In this document: positions 23,358 through 34,155 of the stretch, one piece after another
Layout of the letters: each line of letters begins with the position of its first letter
How positions within the stretch are numbered: position 1 is the first letter of the stretch
Assembly: GCA_963793865.1 (NCBI GenBank)
Contig: CAWCBP010000001.1
Span: 672,001 to 736,000, forward strand
Source: an uncultured delta proteobacterium
GTDB taxonomy: Bacteria; Desulfobacterota; WTBG01
DNA: 64,000 bases
Direction: 5' to 3'
Notes under the pieces: model-generated
The model's input: only the letters and a program-made list of their open reading frames with translations
What the model was told of the DNA's origin: nothing
Database searches by the model: none
Program-made: the position numbers and the translations under genes

Positions 23358-23453
23358 ATCTCCGAACCGCTTTTTCTAAAACCAAACGGTCATGAAGAGC
23401 GGTCGAAGGGTAGCATTCGAAAGAGTGTTGCCTCCCGTGCTCGGAAAGGAGAT
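23358..23453 (+). ncRNA. Moco/Wco (Tuco-type, P3-less) riboswitch aptamer 1
   Basis: ATCTCCGA...CTAA...AGGGT..CGAAAG..CCTCCCGT..CGGAAAGGAGAT, matching the Moco RNA pattern; upstream of tupA. Confidence 0.88.
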
Positions 23454-23467
23454 GTATGTGGAGTTTC

Positions 23468-23506
23468 AAAAGCCAGCATATCCCGATCCGGATGCTGGCT
23501 TTTTTT
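23468..23506 (+). terminator. Leader terminator (riboswitch expression platform)
   Basis: AAAAGCCAGCAT...ATGCTGGCTTTTTTT between aptamer and tupA. Confidence 0.85.
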
Positions 23507-23569
23507 ATGGCGCGCCAGATCATTCTCAATGTGCGTCAACATAAAATGCATCCGCTATAACAAGGGAGG

Positions 23570-24403
23570 TTGATGGTGAGTAAATCGCGAAGAGCAAAAT
23601 TTTTCATAGCAGCACTTGTTTGCACGATTCTAATCTTTACCGGCAACAGCTTTGCTGAAGAACGACTGAAGATGGCAACCACCACCAGCACTGAAAATTC
23701 CGGATTGCTTGAGATTGTTGTGCCGCCTTTTGAACAGATGTTTAACCTTAAAGTGGATATTATTGCGGTGGGAACGGGCAAGGCCATGAAACTGGGTGAG
23801 ACCGGTGATGTGGACGTGATTTTCGTTCATGATCCCGTTGATGAGGAACGTTTTATTGTTCAGGGCTATGGAGTCAACCGGCGGGCAGTTACACATAATG
23901 ATTTCGTTCTGGTTGGGCCTGCGGGTGATCCCGCGGGATGCAGGGGTATGAAGAATATTACCGAAGTATTCTCCAATATCGCGAAATCAAACGCCTTGTT
24001 TGTTTCCCGCGGGGATGACTCCGGCACGCACAGGAAGGAAAAGGAGATCTGGGCAAAGGCGGGTGTTGTGCCTCAGGGCAAGTGGTACATGGAAGCAGGG
24101 CAGGGGATGGGGGCAGTATTGCAAATGGCGCATGACAAGATGGCCTATACCTTGGCTGACAGGGGAACCTATGTCGCTTACAAACCGAAGATAGATTCAA
24201 TTATAATCTCGGAGGGAGATCCCCTGCTCTATAACCCCTATGGGGTTATTGCCGTGAATCCCGCGCGCCATCCGCAGGTGAACTATATCAAGGCAATGGC
24301 TTTTATAGGATGGCTGACTTCACCGGAGTGCCAGAAATTAATCGGCAACTTTAAAAAAGAAGGAGAAGTGCTTTTTTATCCCGATGCAATCCCGGTACAA
24401 TAA
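23570..24403 (+). CDS. tupA: Tungstate ABC transporter substrate-binding protein
   Basis: ATTTSTENSGLL, GTGKA, FVSRGDDSGTH, GQGMG, DRGTY. Confidence 0.95.
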   Translation: MMVSKSRRAKFFIAALVCTILIFTGNSFAEERLKMATTTSTENSGLLEIVVPPFEQMFNLKVDIIAVGTGKAMKLGETGDVDVIFVHDPVDEERFIVQGYGVNRRAVTHNDFVLVGPAGDPAGCRGMKNITEVFSNIAKSNALFVSRGDDSGTHRKEKEIWAKAGVVPQGKWYMEAGQGMGAVLQMAHDKMAYTLADRGTYVAYKPKIDSIIISEGDPLLYNPYGVIAVNPARHPQVNYIKAMAFIGWLTSPECQKLIGNFKKEGEVLFYPDAIPVQ

Positions 24404-24418
24404 AAACAAAGTTGTTAA

Positions 24419-24472
24419 CCGGTAGGAGCGGCTTTAAGCCGCGAATGCATCGCGCATGAATGCGTGCCTGCC
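24419..24472 (+). repeat. GTAG-type REP doublet (REPIN-like), copy 1
   Basis: CCGGTAGGAGCGGCTTTAAGCCGCGAAT..ATCGCGCATGAATGCG; near-identical direct copy at 39555. Confidence 0.8.
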
Positions 24473-24520
24473 GATATGTCAAACGTTTTTAGCCGGGTTT
24501 TATTAAGACAAGTAAATATA

Positions 24521-24618
24521 TCATCTGCAAGTTACCACTCCTAAAGATCATAATCCATGGAGGGTAACCGACAGGGTAGACCCCGAAAGGGTTCTATCTC
24601 CCGTGTTTGGAAAGATGA
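24521..24618 (+). ncRNA. Moco/Wco (P3-less) riboswitch aptamer 2
   Basis: TCATCT...CCTAAA...CATGG..AGGGTAGACCCCGAAAGGGTTCTATCTCCCGTGTTTGGAAAGATGA; same architecture as aptamer 1. Confidence 0.85.
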
Positions 24619-24627
24619 GCTGCCATA

Positions 24628-24664
24628 GGGCCAGTTCCATGTCAACACGGGACTGGCCTTTTTG
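24628..24664 (+). terminator. Leader terminator of riboswitch 2
   Basis: GGCCAGTTCC...GGGACTGGCC-TTTTT. Confidence 0.8.
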
Positions 24665-24694
24665 CTGATCAGGAAGGCAATTCTGTTCAAGAGT

Positions 24695-24785
24695 GAGATT
24701 GGCGCGCCATGCTCGCAATGGCAATATTGAGCGAGTCTATAACTAGACACGTCGTTGCGAGGAGCGTAAGCGACAAAGCAATCTC
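24695..24785. repeat. Inverted pair of GTCRTTGCGAG...GCAATCTC repeats
   Basis: GAGATT..CTCGCAATGGCA and GTCGTTGCGAGGAGCGTAAGCGACAAAGCAATCTC. Confidence 0.6.
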
Positions 24786-24851
24786 ATGCTTCAAAAATAA
24801 TTAATTCAAAAAGCTTTCCTCCTTGGTTGCACCGTCATAGGCAGGACTATT

Positions 24852-26237
24852 ATGATAAGAACAGCAATTGGTTATTTGTATCTTGATTTCAATACTCTTC
24901 TTATCAATGGCAATGCTGACGCTGAAAACCTTGCCAATGATAAATTATTGGAAATACTAGAGCAGAAGGGTTTCTTAACGGAAGAAGAGGTAAAAGAAGT
25001 CAAGGGAATACTTACCAAGGAAGAGGAAAAGGAAGTTAAAGTTGTCTATGAGGAAGGGGTTCATATCAGAACCAACGACAAAAGTTTTGATACCAGGATC
25101 GGGGGAGTTATTCAAACTGATCTGATCGCATTCAGCTCACATTATCCCGAGGACAACGATTTTGATATCAGAAGGGCGCGCCTGTTTATAGAAGGAAGGA
25201 TGTTCGACTATTTCGGTTATAAATTTGAAGGGGAATTTGAAGGTGCAAGCAATGACCGGCTGGTGGATGCCCTGATAAATTTCGATTACTTTCCTTACCT
25301 GCAGCTCCAGGTGGGTCAGTTTAAAGAACCGTTCAGTCTTGAGAACCTCATTTCAGACAAATATCTTCCCTTCAATGAGCGGTCAATGGCCTATTATCTA
25401 ACACCCGCGCGGGATGTGGGTATTATGATACACGGGAATTTATTCGGTGACATGATCAACTACGGGGTAGGTGTATTTAACGGTGACGGCCGTGATGCCA
25501 CCAGAAGGAGCCAGAAGGATGATAAAGAGTATGCCGGACGCTTCGTACTGAAGCCATTTCATAAACTGGACATTCCGTTGATAAGCAACCTCCAGATCGG
25601 GGGATCCTTTGCTTATGCGAGGCTGGACACATCGGACCTGAATGTGGACATTGATACGCCGGGCCGAACAACTTTTTTTGAGGTGAATTCGCGGGCCAAG
25701 TTTCGTGTTATTCAGGATGTTGACGACAGGAGGCGGTTTGGATTTGAAATGGCTTACACCTGCGGTCCGCTTGCTCTTATGGGGGAGTATATCAGAAACG
25801 ATTACCATGGAGTGCTGCCTACCGATGAGGATGCGTTTGATTTCAGCATGAAGGGATGGTACGCGGGCATGCTGTTGATGCTCACCGGAGAAAGGCCGGT
25901 GATCTCAAAAGGGGTGCTGGAGAAAATCAGGCCCAGGAACAACTTTGATATTAAGGGCCGGAAATGGGGCGCCTGGGGAATAGGCTTCCGCTATGAACAG
26001 TTCGAAGCGGACCAGGTGGTCTATGATGAGCTTGTTTTCGAAGGGCAAAGCGTAAGACGTGCAAATTCATTTACGGCGGCTTTGAACTGGTATCTCAACA
26101 GCATGGTACGGTTTTCTCTCAACTACAGCCGCACCACGTTCGCGCAGCCCCTCTTTCTGGGAACCAGCCCCGAGGGGTACTCGTACTACCGTGACACGGA
26201 GAATGTCTGGGTCACCAGGTTTCAACTGGAGTTCTAG
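24852..26237 (+). CDS. OprO/OprP-family anion-selective porin
   Basis: FDIRRARL, QVGQFKEPFSLE, FNERS, RDVG, ALNWYLN, C-terminal QLEF; signal-peptide-like run LVICILISILFLSMAM lies in another frame (probable indels). Confidence 0.88.
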   Translation: MIRTAIGYLYLDFNTLLINGNADAENLANDKLLEILEQKGFLTEEEVKEVKGILTKEEEKEVKVVYEEGVHIRTNDKSFDTRIGGVIQTDLIAFSSHYPEDNDFDIRRARLFIEGRMFDYFGYKFEGEFEGASNDRLVDALINFDYFPYLQLQVGQFKEPFSLENLISDKYLPFNERSMAYYLTPARDVGIMIHGNLFGDMINYGVGVFNGDGRDATRRSQKDDKEYAGRFVLKPFHKLDIPLISNLQIGGSFAYARLDTSDLNVDIDTPGRTTFFEVNSRAKFRVIQDVDDRRRFGFEMAYTCGPLALMGEYIRNDYHGVLPTDEDAFDFSMKGWYAGMLLMLTGERPVISKGVLEKIRPRNNFDIKGRKWGAWGIGFRYEQFEADQVVYDELVFEGQSVRRANSFTAALNWYLNSMVRFSLNYSRTTFAQPLFLGTSPEGYSYYRDTENVWVTRFQLEF

Positions 26238-26362
26238 CAGGCTGGTGAAAAACAACCATCTGCTGCGTTACGCTCATCCTTCGTCATTGCAGCGTACAGG
26301 AAAGTACGCCTCATTCCTCAGGATTTTGCGTGCCTTGCATCTGGCTGTTTTTGACCAGCCTG
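26238..26362. mobile_element. MITE-like palindromic element
   Basis: Imperfect terminal inverted repeats CAGGCTGGTGAAAAACAACCA / TGGCTGTTTTTGACCAGCCTG, internal hairpin GCGTAC..GTACGC, no ORF of function. Confidence 0.6.
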
Positions 26363-26411
26363 GGGAAAATACTTTTTCAACAACTTTTTATAGTAACCCA
26401 CGAGGATACTT

Positions 26412-28200
26412 ATGAAAAAGAAGATGCTGGTTGTTGCTCTTGTGATGCTGACAGGTATGGTGAGCCTCGTTCAGGCTGCCTATCACCATGAAGGGGAAGC
26501 GGACTCGCCGAAATTTGTTTCTGTTTATCCGGCTGCAGAAGGAACCAAGCTGGACAGTTGCGCCCTTTGCCATACCGGAGGCGAGTATGAGAAAAGTCCC
26601 GGCCAGTGGGTTGAGGTGGGAAGCTGCCAGTGGTGTCATCTGACCTATGGATATGACGGCAGCGGCGACATTAAGGAAACCATGAACCCGTATGGTGCTG
26701 ATTACAATTCCGCTGGAAGAAGTTCGGGAGCATTTGCTTCCATAGACGGAAGAGATTCTGATGGGGATGGCTATAGCAACAGGCAGGAGATAAATGCTTT
26801 GAGCTACCCGGGGGATGCCACAGATGATCCCACTAAAATTCCCGCCCCGTCAGTGACCTATACCCTGAGTGAACTGGAAGCATTGCGGAACCACAGTCAG
26901 TTTTTACTCATGAACACAAGCCGCTCTGGGGACTGGTATGGTGAGTATGAGGGGGTACCCATGCTTGATTTGCTGCGGGATGCGGGAATGGTTGAAGAAA
27001 CAACAAGTGCAATAACTGTTTTTGCCCCCGATGGATACTCCTACACCTACGTACTGAAGCCGGGGGGTGAGTACTATTATATAGATGGCACCTATCCCCA
27101 GGCTCAGTATTACTATGATGTCCAGGCAGATAAAGCAAACGGGGGGTGGTGTGATTATTCTGCACCGTCCACTACGGGGCGTAACAATGGTGACCCCGTA
27201 ACGGTTGAAGGCGGTTTGAAATTTATACTAGCCTACAAGAGAGATGGGGCATATCTGGAGCCGGGCTATCTTGATGAAGAAAATAGAATCCCGCTTGACC
27301 GGGAAGGCCCTTTCAGGTCAGTGCCGCCGCAAATGGTTCCCTGTCCGCCTGATCAGTCGTCAACAGCTGAAAACCAGGATGTTGTCTGGCCTTTTGACGA
27401 AAGCCTCGATCACAATGCAGGCTTCTCGGCACGCACTGCAGTCGCCATCAGGATAGAGCCTCTGCCCGAGGGCACCTCGGACTTTAACTGGTACGAAGGG
27501 GGATGGGACTATGTTGATGACAAGTCCATCATTATCTATGGCAACCTTGCCAGCGGCGGAATCCAAGGGGAAGTGATAGATCAGGATACAAGCCCTGCCG
27601 ATAGAAAACGCGTCTATCTCGACCATAAAGGAGGATATTCTGCTACAACCGACAGCGCGGGAAGCTTTGCCATCAATGGGATGAAAGTAGGCACCTACAC
27701 GTCAGGGCGTCTGCTGCCGGTTACCAATCGCAAAGCCAATCTGTAACCGTTGCCAAGGATGCTGAGCAAACGGTCAACTTCAGTCTGCCCCAGGCTGAAG
27801 ACACCTGTCCGATCGAAATGATGCTCCCGGCCGATCTCCAGAAGCTTTCCCTGTTAAGGAATTACCGGGACAAGGTTCTCATGAGAAGCGCTGAGGGAAG
27901 AGCTTATGTCAAAAGGTATTATGAGCATGCCTCAGAGATAGTCACGATGCTTCTGTTGAATCGGGATATAAGAAGCATGGCATTTAAGGCAGTGAATGCT
28001 CTTGCCCCAGTCTCTGGAAAATATCGTGGCGGGCAAGGCCGTCCAGCCTGAGCAGGTCACAACACAGGAGCATTGAATCATTAATAGAAAAAATGAAAAA
28101 GGTGAGCAGTCAATCTCTTCGGAATACGCTTTGCCTGTTTGAACAGGACATCAGCAAAAGGGATGTGAGCAGGAAGATCTTCGCCGCATCGCACGAATAA
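26412..28200 (+). CDS. Secreted diheme c-type cytochrome with sulfite-oxidase-like domain (GEGP-motif diheme protein-like), carboxypeptidase-regulatory-like domain and CFI-box-like C-terminus; several frameshifts after 27590
   Basis: Signal peptide; CALCH and CQWCH; YEGVPMLDLLRDAG, APDGYS, ILAYKRDG, REGPFRSVPP; alternate frame VRASAAGYQSQSQSVTV..VNFSL..TCPIE..LRNYRDKVL..GRAYVKRYY. Confidence 0.8.
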
Positions 28201-28226
28201 ACAAGTCAGGTACGGAGGAAATAAAC

Positions 28227-28613
28227 GTGAATCCATACAAAAAAATAAGTGTATTTTTGTTGCTTACCATAACAGGGCTTTTTGCGATGGCGCCTCAAGC
28301 TGAGGCAAATAATTTTGCAGGGATGAAATACACTATCTATATGTATAACACTGAAGAGACATCAGCCACGATGTCCTTTGAAGCAAACCTGTCCATGTTC
28401 ATAGATGCCTATGACGGGTTCGGGATCTATCTTCCCGTGGGGCAGTCTTTTACCGCGGCATACTGGGCGCCAAATTACAAGAATACCAATGACCTCTTTT
28501 TACTGGTAACAGGGGTAGTCGCTTCGGATTTTATCAGCGGCTGGGCTTTGACGTTTTACAATTACCGGCTGACCGGCATGTTTTTATACTCCGGCTATGT
28601 GACTACTCCATAG
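28227..28613 (+). CDS. Hypothetical secreted protein
   Basis: GGAGG RBS, GTG start, signal peptide ending AEA. Confidence 0.7.
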   Translation: MNPYKKISVFLLLTITGLFAMAPQAEANNFAGMKYTIYMYNTEETSATMSFEANLSMFIDAYDGFGIYLPVGQSFTAAYWAPNYKNTNDLFLLVTGVVASDFISGWALTFYNYRLTGMFLYSGYVTTP

Positions 28614-28776
28614 AGCTGTGAAGCGTTGGGTGTATCATTATGTAATGTCTTTGATTCAAAAAATGTGGACTTCAGTAAATTAAAAGAGAAAGGAGGTGAA
28701 CAGCAGTAATAGTACAGAAGGAGTCCACGGAGAGGTTTTGAGCTAATTGTTGACAATTGGTATCAGTACTTTGTTT

Positions 28777-28862
28777 CCCCCTCACCTCAATCCTCTCCCC
28801 CTAGGGGAGAGGAGGTTAAAAAAGTTCCCTCTACCCTCGGGGGAGAGGGTTAGGGTGAGGGG
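28777..28862. repeat. BoxC-like palindromic repeat
   Basis: CCCCTCACCTCAATCCTCTCCCC..GGGGAGAGG...GGGAGAGGGTTAGGGTGAGGGG. Confidence 0.65.
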
Positions 28863-28892
28863 CAGACTAAATCTATTGCGTGTTAAAGGAGG

Positions 28893-30960
28893 ATGAGAAT
28901 GAAAAAGCTACTATCAATAATGCTCGTGCTCGTGGCGTCGGTTTATGCAATCAATTTTGCAATGGCTGCCACAACTACGTATACCTGTAAGCCGATGGCA
29001 GATACCAGGATTGATGCAATAGCCCCGACGACGAATTTCGGGACAGGTACAACCCTTTTAATGGTAGGGCTTGATGGGCCGGTGAGATCTCTCATCAGGT
29101 TCAACATACCGCCCTTTGTTTCGGCGAGTCAGATACAGAGCGCCTATCTGCACGTCTATGGGCGCAGCTCTGGGACAGCATCAATTGACATAAACATTCA
29201 CCCCATAACCCCGCCGGATCTGTGGTTTGAGAAAAACCTTTCCAAACCTGACACAACTCAGATTGTCTGGGGCGCAACCTGGAATGATTACGGTGGAACT
29301 GCGAGCGGCCTTGCTTGGGTGGCACCGGGGGCAGATTACAATGCGGCCGCGTACGCTTCCGGAACTATTGTGGCCGGGCCGAATAGTATTGATATGACAG
29401 CCCTGCTCACCGGTAACCTGGATACCATACGAAAGTACGGTGTTTTGCTCAAATTGCAGGACGAATCATTGGATGTTTTTAAGAGCATGTACTCCCGAGA
29501 TAACGCGACTGATCAGCCCTATCTTGAGCTGAATGTTGATCTCGGTTTGGCTGATACTACGTATATGTGCCCCACCATTGCTGATGTGTACATGGATGAA
29601 TCGCTCGTGGACGGCGATCATAATCTCAATTTCAACTGGAAAACCAGGGTATTGCTTTCCAGGCACGCGACCTATGGAAGAGCACGCGGGCTTTGGAAAT
29701 TTGAGATTCCCGCCGGAATCCAGGCTGAGGATATCACGTGTGCGCAAATTCTTCTTTCCGGGTGCGAACATGCCTTCAGGACGAGGCAATTTAATGTTGA
29801 TTTATATGCGCTCGAAGTGCCTTTAAAGGAGGAGAAGGCAACCTGGGATGAGTCGGATACCGGTGTGGCATGGACAACCCCGGGTGGCGATTATGATGCA
29901 ACGGTAGTCTCATCGGGGATGATTTATCAGACCCTGCTTGGTAATCCCGCATATAACTGGAGGGCGGAGATTGACGTGACCGACCTCCTGGCGGGGAACT
30001 TGGTGAAGAGCGAGGGATAACGGGATATTGATGAAACTGCAGGAAGAGACAGGGACAAATACAAATCAAAATATAGCATCCAGGGAGTCTTACGATGACA
30101 GTGATGTTGCCGCCTACCTGCTGATTGATGTGGCGGATACCGATTCGGATACTGTGTGTAATACCTCCGATAACTGTCCGCTCTTAGCCAACGCCGGGCA
30201 GGAAGACGGCGATGCTGATGCGGCGGGTGATGTCTGCGATAATTGCCCGCTGATTGCCAATGCAGGTCAGGAAGATGGAGATACTGATGTGATAGGTGAT
30301 GCGTGTGATAACTGTCCGCTCGTAGCCAACGCCGGTCAGGAAGATGGAGATGCTGATTTGGTAGGTGATGCCTGTGATAATTGCCCGCTGATTGCCAATC
30401 CCGGTCAGGAAGATGGAGATGCGGATCTGGTGGGCGATGTTTGTGATAATTGTCCGCTGATTGCGAATCCCGATCAGGCAAATAGCGATACGGATGTCCT
30501 GGGGGATGCCTGCGACAACTGTCCTGTAGTAGCTAATGCCGGTCAGGAGGATGCGGACGGTGATGGCGTGGGGGATGCTTGTAACGATGCTGATGACGCA
30601 GATAGTGACGAATGGGGTGATAGCGTAGACAACTGTCCCATCAATTACAATCCCGGACAGGAAGACAACCTTCCGCCCGGGGGTAATGGAACCGGTGATG
30701 CCTGTGAATGTGAGGCAGACTTTGAATGTGATGGAGATGTCGATGGTTCAGATGCGTCAACATTCAAACTCTATTTCGGCAGAGGGCAGTTTTTTGCCCC
30801 CTGTAATGACTTGAATCCCTGCCGGGGCGATTTTGAATGCGACGGAGATGTGGACGGGACTGATGCGAACAGGGTTAAGGTTGATTTTGGCAGGAGTTCG
30901 TTCAGTGATGCGTGTCCGACGACGCCTGTTTGTGCGCAGCCGGATTGGTGCAACTATTAG
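28893..30960 (+). CDS. Secreted protein: 2x DNRLRE-like domains, thrombospondin type 3 repeats, double dockerin-like C-terminus; +1 frameshift ~30009
   Basis: ADTRID..PTTNFG..RSLIRF..ATW..PYLEL twice; DNCP..NAGQED.D...GD.C repeats; paralog 31352 is intact across the shift ([10 protein letters not shown]). Confidence 0.82.
30140..30705 (+). repeat. Tandem 69-bp (23-aa) TSP3 calcium-binding repeats
   Basis: About seven DNCP units, most spaced 23 aa apart. Confidence 0.85.
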
Positions 30961-31351
30961 CACTGGGGCACCACAGTTAAAGTCTGGTTTTAAAGGGTAG
31001 CTATCAAATCCTTTATAAACTGTAATGTGTTACCGTGGTGACTATATCATTAACATTTTTCAGGAGATTCTTGGATAAAGTATTGTAGACGTTTTAATAG
31101 TTCAGTGCCTTGTATGCCATGTGGTTCTTCAGTTCCCCTTGCCACATGGCTACAAGGCATCATGAACTATCGCTATTTTGCCCGTGCAGGATTGCCGGAA
31201 TTCAATCGCAATGCGCAAGGGAGAATTTTTTACTATTTATTGTCATAATTTTTTATAATCAATTGAGAATTTACAGTTGTGCCATCGCGAGGCAATAGGC
31301 GACGAAGTAATCGCAGAGTGCAAGAGAAGTATTTCAAAAAGGAGGCAAAAA

Positions 31352-33064
31352 ATGCAAAGGATCCTATTCGTAATCATCATGTTTGTGGTGACGTTCTTCG
31401 TTTTCAACTACGCAATAGTTGCCGCAACAACTTACAACTGTACACCGATGGCGGATACCCGGCTTGATTCGGCTACCCCGGACACAAATTATGGGACGGC
31501 TACGACGCTTAAGATGGTAGGCGTCGGAGCGGGCGGACCGGTAAGATCCATCATCCGGTTAAATATACCGCCATTTGTTTCGGCAAGTCAGATACAGAGC
31601 GCCTATTTAAATCTTTATGGAGGCAGTACCGGATCACCCTCGATTGACATTAATATTCACCCGGTAACCCCTCCGGATTTATGGTTTGAGAAGGACCTTT
31701 CCAAGCCGGATACCACTCAGATTGTCTGGGGAGCAACCTGGAATAATCACGGTGGGACAGCAAGTATGCTGCCGTGGGTAGCACCGGGTGGAGATTATAA
31801 TGCAAGCGCTTATACCTCGGCAACTATTGTGGCCGGCTGGAATAGCATTGATATCACCACTCTGCTTTCCAACAATCTGGAAACCATACGGAAATACGGG
31901 GTTCTGCTCAAAATGCAGGATGAAGCACTGAATGCCTTCAAAAATGTAAATTCACGGGATAATACATCTGATCAGCCCTATCTTCAGCTGAATGTTGATC
32001 TCGGCTCGCCCGAAACGACCTACCTGTGTCCCGCTATAGCCGACACCTTCATCGATGAATCGCTGGTGGACGGTGAACACAATCTTAACTACAACTGGAA
32101 GACACGGGTAATGATTTCATGGCACGCTTCCTATGGGAGGGCGCGCGGACTGTGGAAATTTGAAATTCCGGAGGGTATTCTTGCCGGGGATATAAAATGT
32201 GCAAAAATCTTCCTCTCCGGTTCAGAGCATGCGTTCAAGACATACCAGTTTATCGTTGATTTTTTAGCACTGGACGCTCCCTTCAACGAGGAGACGGTTA
32301 CGTGGGATACCCTGGCAGGCGGCGGCTATGATACAAGTGTCGTATCTTCAGGAACTATCTATCAGACCCTCGTCGGAAATCCTGCCATTAACTGGAGGGC
32401 GGTAATCGATCTGACTGATCTTCTGGCGGGAAACCTGGCCAAGGTAAGGAATAACGGGATACTCATGAAAAAACAGTCCGAATCAGGAACAAACCTTCAT
32501 CAGCATATGGCATCACGGGAATGTTACGATGAGAGTGATGTTGCTGCCTATCTCCTGATTGAACTGGCAGATACGGACGGTGATAGCCTGGGTGATGCGT
32601 GCGATAATTGTCCCCTCATCGCTAATGCCGGCCAGGAAGATGGGGATACTGATGGGGTTGGAAACGTGTGCGATAATTGTTCACTTATTGCCAACGCCGG
32701 CCAGGAAGATGGGGATGGTGATGGGGTTGGAAACGTATGCGATAATTGTCCCAATAATGCCAATGCAGGGCAGGAAGACTCCTATCCTCCGCAGGACAAC
32801 GGCTGCGGAGATGCCTGTGAGTGTGAAGGAAATTTTGATGGAGACCTGGATGTGGATGGCAGCGATGCAAGTACCTTCAAGATGGATTTCGGCAGAAGTA
32901 AAATCAGCGATCCCTGTACCAATGCGCTTCCCTGCAATGGTGACTTTGAATGTGATACCGACGTAGACGGATCAAATGCCACCCAATTCAAGCGGGATTT
33001 TGGAAGAAGCAAGATAATTAATGCATGCCCAATTTGTACAACTGATCCGTGGTGTATTTATTAA
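31352..33064 (+). CDS. Paralog of 28893: 2x DNRLRE-like, TSP3 repeats, double dockerin-like C-terminus
   Basis: AGGAGG RBS; long identical stretches with the previous gene ([32 protein letters not shown]). Confidence 0.88.
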   Translation: MQRILFVIIMFVVTFFVFNYAIVAATTYNCTPMADTRLDSATPDTNYGTATTLKMVGVGAGGPVRSIIRLNIPPFVSASQIQSAYLNLYGGSTGSPSIDINIHPVTPPDLWFEKDLSKPDTTQIVWGATWNNHGGTASMLPWVAPGGDYNASAYTSATIVAGWNSIDITTLLSNNLETIRKYGVLLKMQDEALNAFKNVNSRDNTSDQPYLQLNVDLGSPETTYLCPAIADTFIDESLVDGEHNLNYNWKTRVMISWHASYGRARGLWKFEIPEGILAGDIKCAKIFLSGSEHAFKTYQFIVDFLALDAPFNEETVTWDTLAGGGYDTSVVSSGTIYQTLVGNPAINWRAVIDLTDLLAGNLAKVRNNGILMKKQSESGTNLHQHMASRECYDESDVAAYLLIELADTDGDSLGDACDNCPLIANAGQEDGDTDGVGNVCDNCSLIANAGQEDGDGDGVGNVCDNCPNNANAGQEDSYPPQDNGCGDACECEGNFDGDLDVDGSDASTFKMDFGRSKISDPCTNALPCNGDFECDTDVDGSNATQFKRDFGRSKIINACPICTTDPWCIY

Positions 33065-33131
33065 AAGCGATGTGCAATGTGTGATATGTGATGTGCGATG
33101 AAAACACTAATAAACATCCATGCCGTAGTAG

Positions 33132-34136
33132 ATGAGGTATCCTGACATGAAGATGACAATGACAAATGTCGTTCTCGTTATTTCTTTACTTGTCTTTGTT
33201 GTGTATATAACGCCGGCAGGGGCGGTAATCTGCCCCTCTATTTCGGATGTGTATATTGACCAGTATGCACCCGATGAGAACATGAATTATAGAACGAGGA
33301 TTCTTATTTCCTATCATCCTTCAAAGGGGATAGCACGGGGACTCTTTAGGTTTGATATCCCCGAAGAGATTGATGCTTCTGAAATTACCTCTGCTACACT
33401 CTATCTCTCAGGTTCTTACCATACCGGTGGTGGTGATGCGATAAACGTTACTTGCTATGCGCTCAATGAATCTTTTAGTGAGGGAAGTGATACATGGAAT
33501 ACACTTTCCGGAGGTGATTATGATTCCAGCATATCCTCGTCAGGAAATCTCCCCGCCGGTTCTGACTGGGAAACTTCAATTGATGTGACGACTCTTGCAG
33601 CAGGAAATCTTGATAAGCTAAGGGATAACGGTCTGCTGATGAGATTGCAAAATGAGAGCATCGACAATTATCAGAATATTGCTTCCAGAGAATTTGTTGA
33701 TCCGCAGGATTTTGCCCCCTATCTCGATATTGAATATTCAGACATCACTTCATCAACAACCACATCAGAACCGGTTGAAACCAGTACCACTACCATCCCG
33801 GTCAGTTCCACTACCAGCAGTTTTGTTTCCACCTCATCAACCACCACCATCTTCGAAGATACAACATCCGTCATAACCAGTTCAACGACAACATCCAGGA
33901 GACCACCCTGTCCGGTAGAAAACATATATGGTGAAGGCTCTGAAGAGGTGGTGATTTTAAAATATGTTCGGGATAATATCTTGCAGGGCACTCCTGAAGG
34001 TCGGGAAATAGTCCAACTATATTATGCATGGAGTCCTTTTATAGCGAGAATGATTGAAAATGACCCGTCGCTGCAGGATGAACTAAAAGAGATATTAAAT
34101 GTGTTTCTGGATGATATGAAGGAATCACTCGAATAA
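33132..34136 (+). CDS. Secreted DNRLRE-like protein with Thr/Ser linker and CFI-box-like C-terminus
   Basis: SDVYID..PDEN.NY..ARGLFRFDIP; T/S-rich linker; CPVENIYG..EV..LKYVRDNIL..PEGREIVQLYY.WSP. Confidence 0.85.
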   Translation: MRYPDMKMTMTNVVLVISLLVFVVYITPAGAVICPSISDVYIDQYAPDENMNYRTRILISYHPSKGIARGLFRFDIPEEIDASEITSATLYLSGSYHTGGGDAINVTCYALNESFSEGSDTWNTLSGGDYDSSISSSGNLPAGSDWETSIDVTTLAAGNLDKLRDNGLLMRLQNESIDNYQNIASREFVDPQDFAPYLDIEYSDITSSTTTSEPVETSTTTIPVSSTTSSFVSTSSTTTIFEDTTSVITSSTTTSRRPPCPVENIYGEGSEEVVILKYVRDNILQGTPEGREIVQLYYAWSPFIARMIENDPSLQDELKEILNVFLDDMKESLE

Positions 34137-34155
34137 TACGGTGTAAACCTTAAAA

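Noticed and set aside
23242..23529. 95-aa minus-strand ORF
   Set aside because: Overlaps the riboswitch and terminator; no coding features
30140..30705. Regularly spaced DNA repeats resembling a CRISPR array
   Set aside because: Period is 69 bp in frame, variation is mostly synonymous, there are no unique spacers and no cas genes; they encode TSP3 repeats
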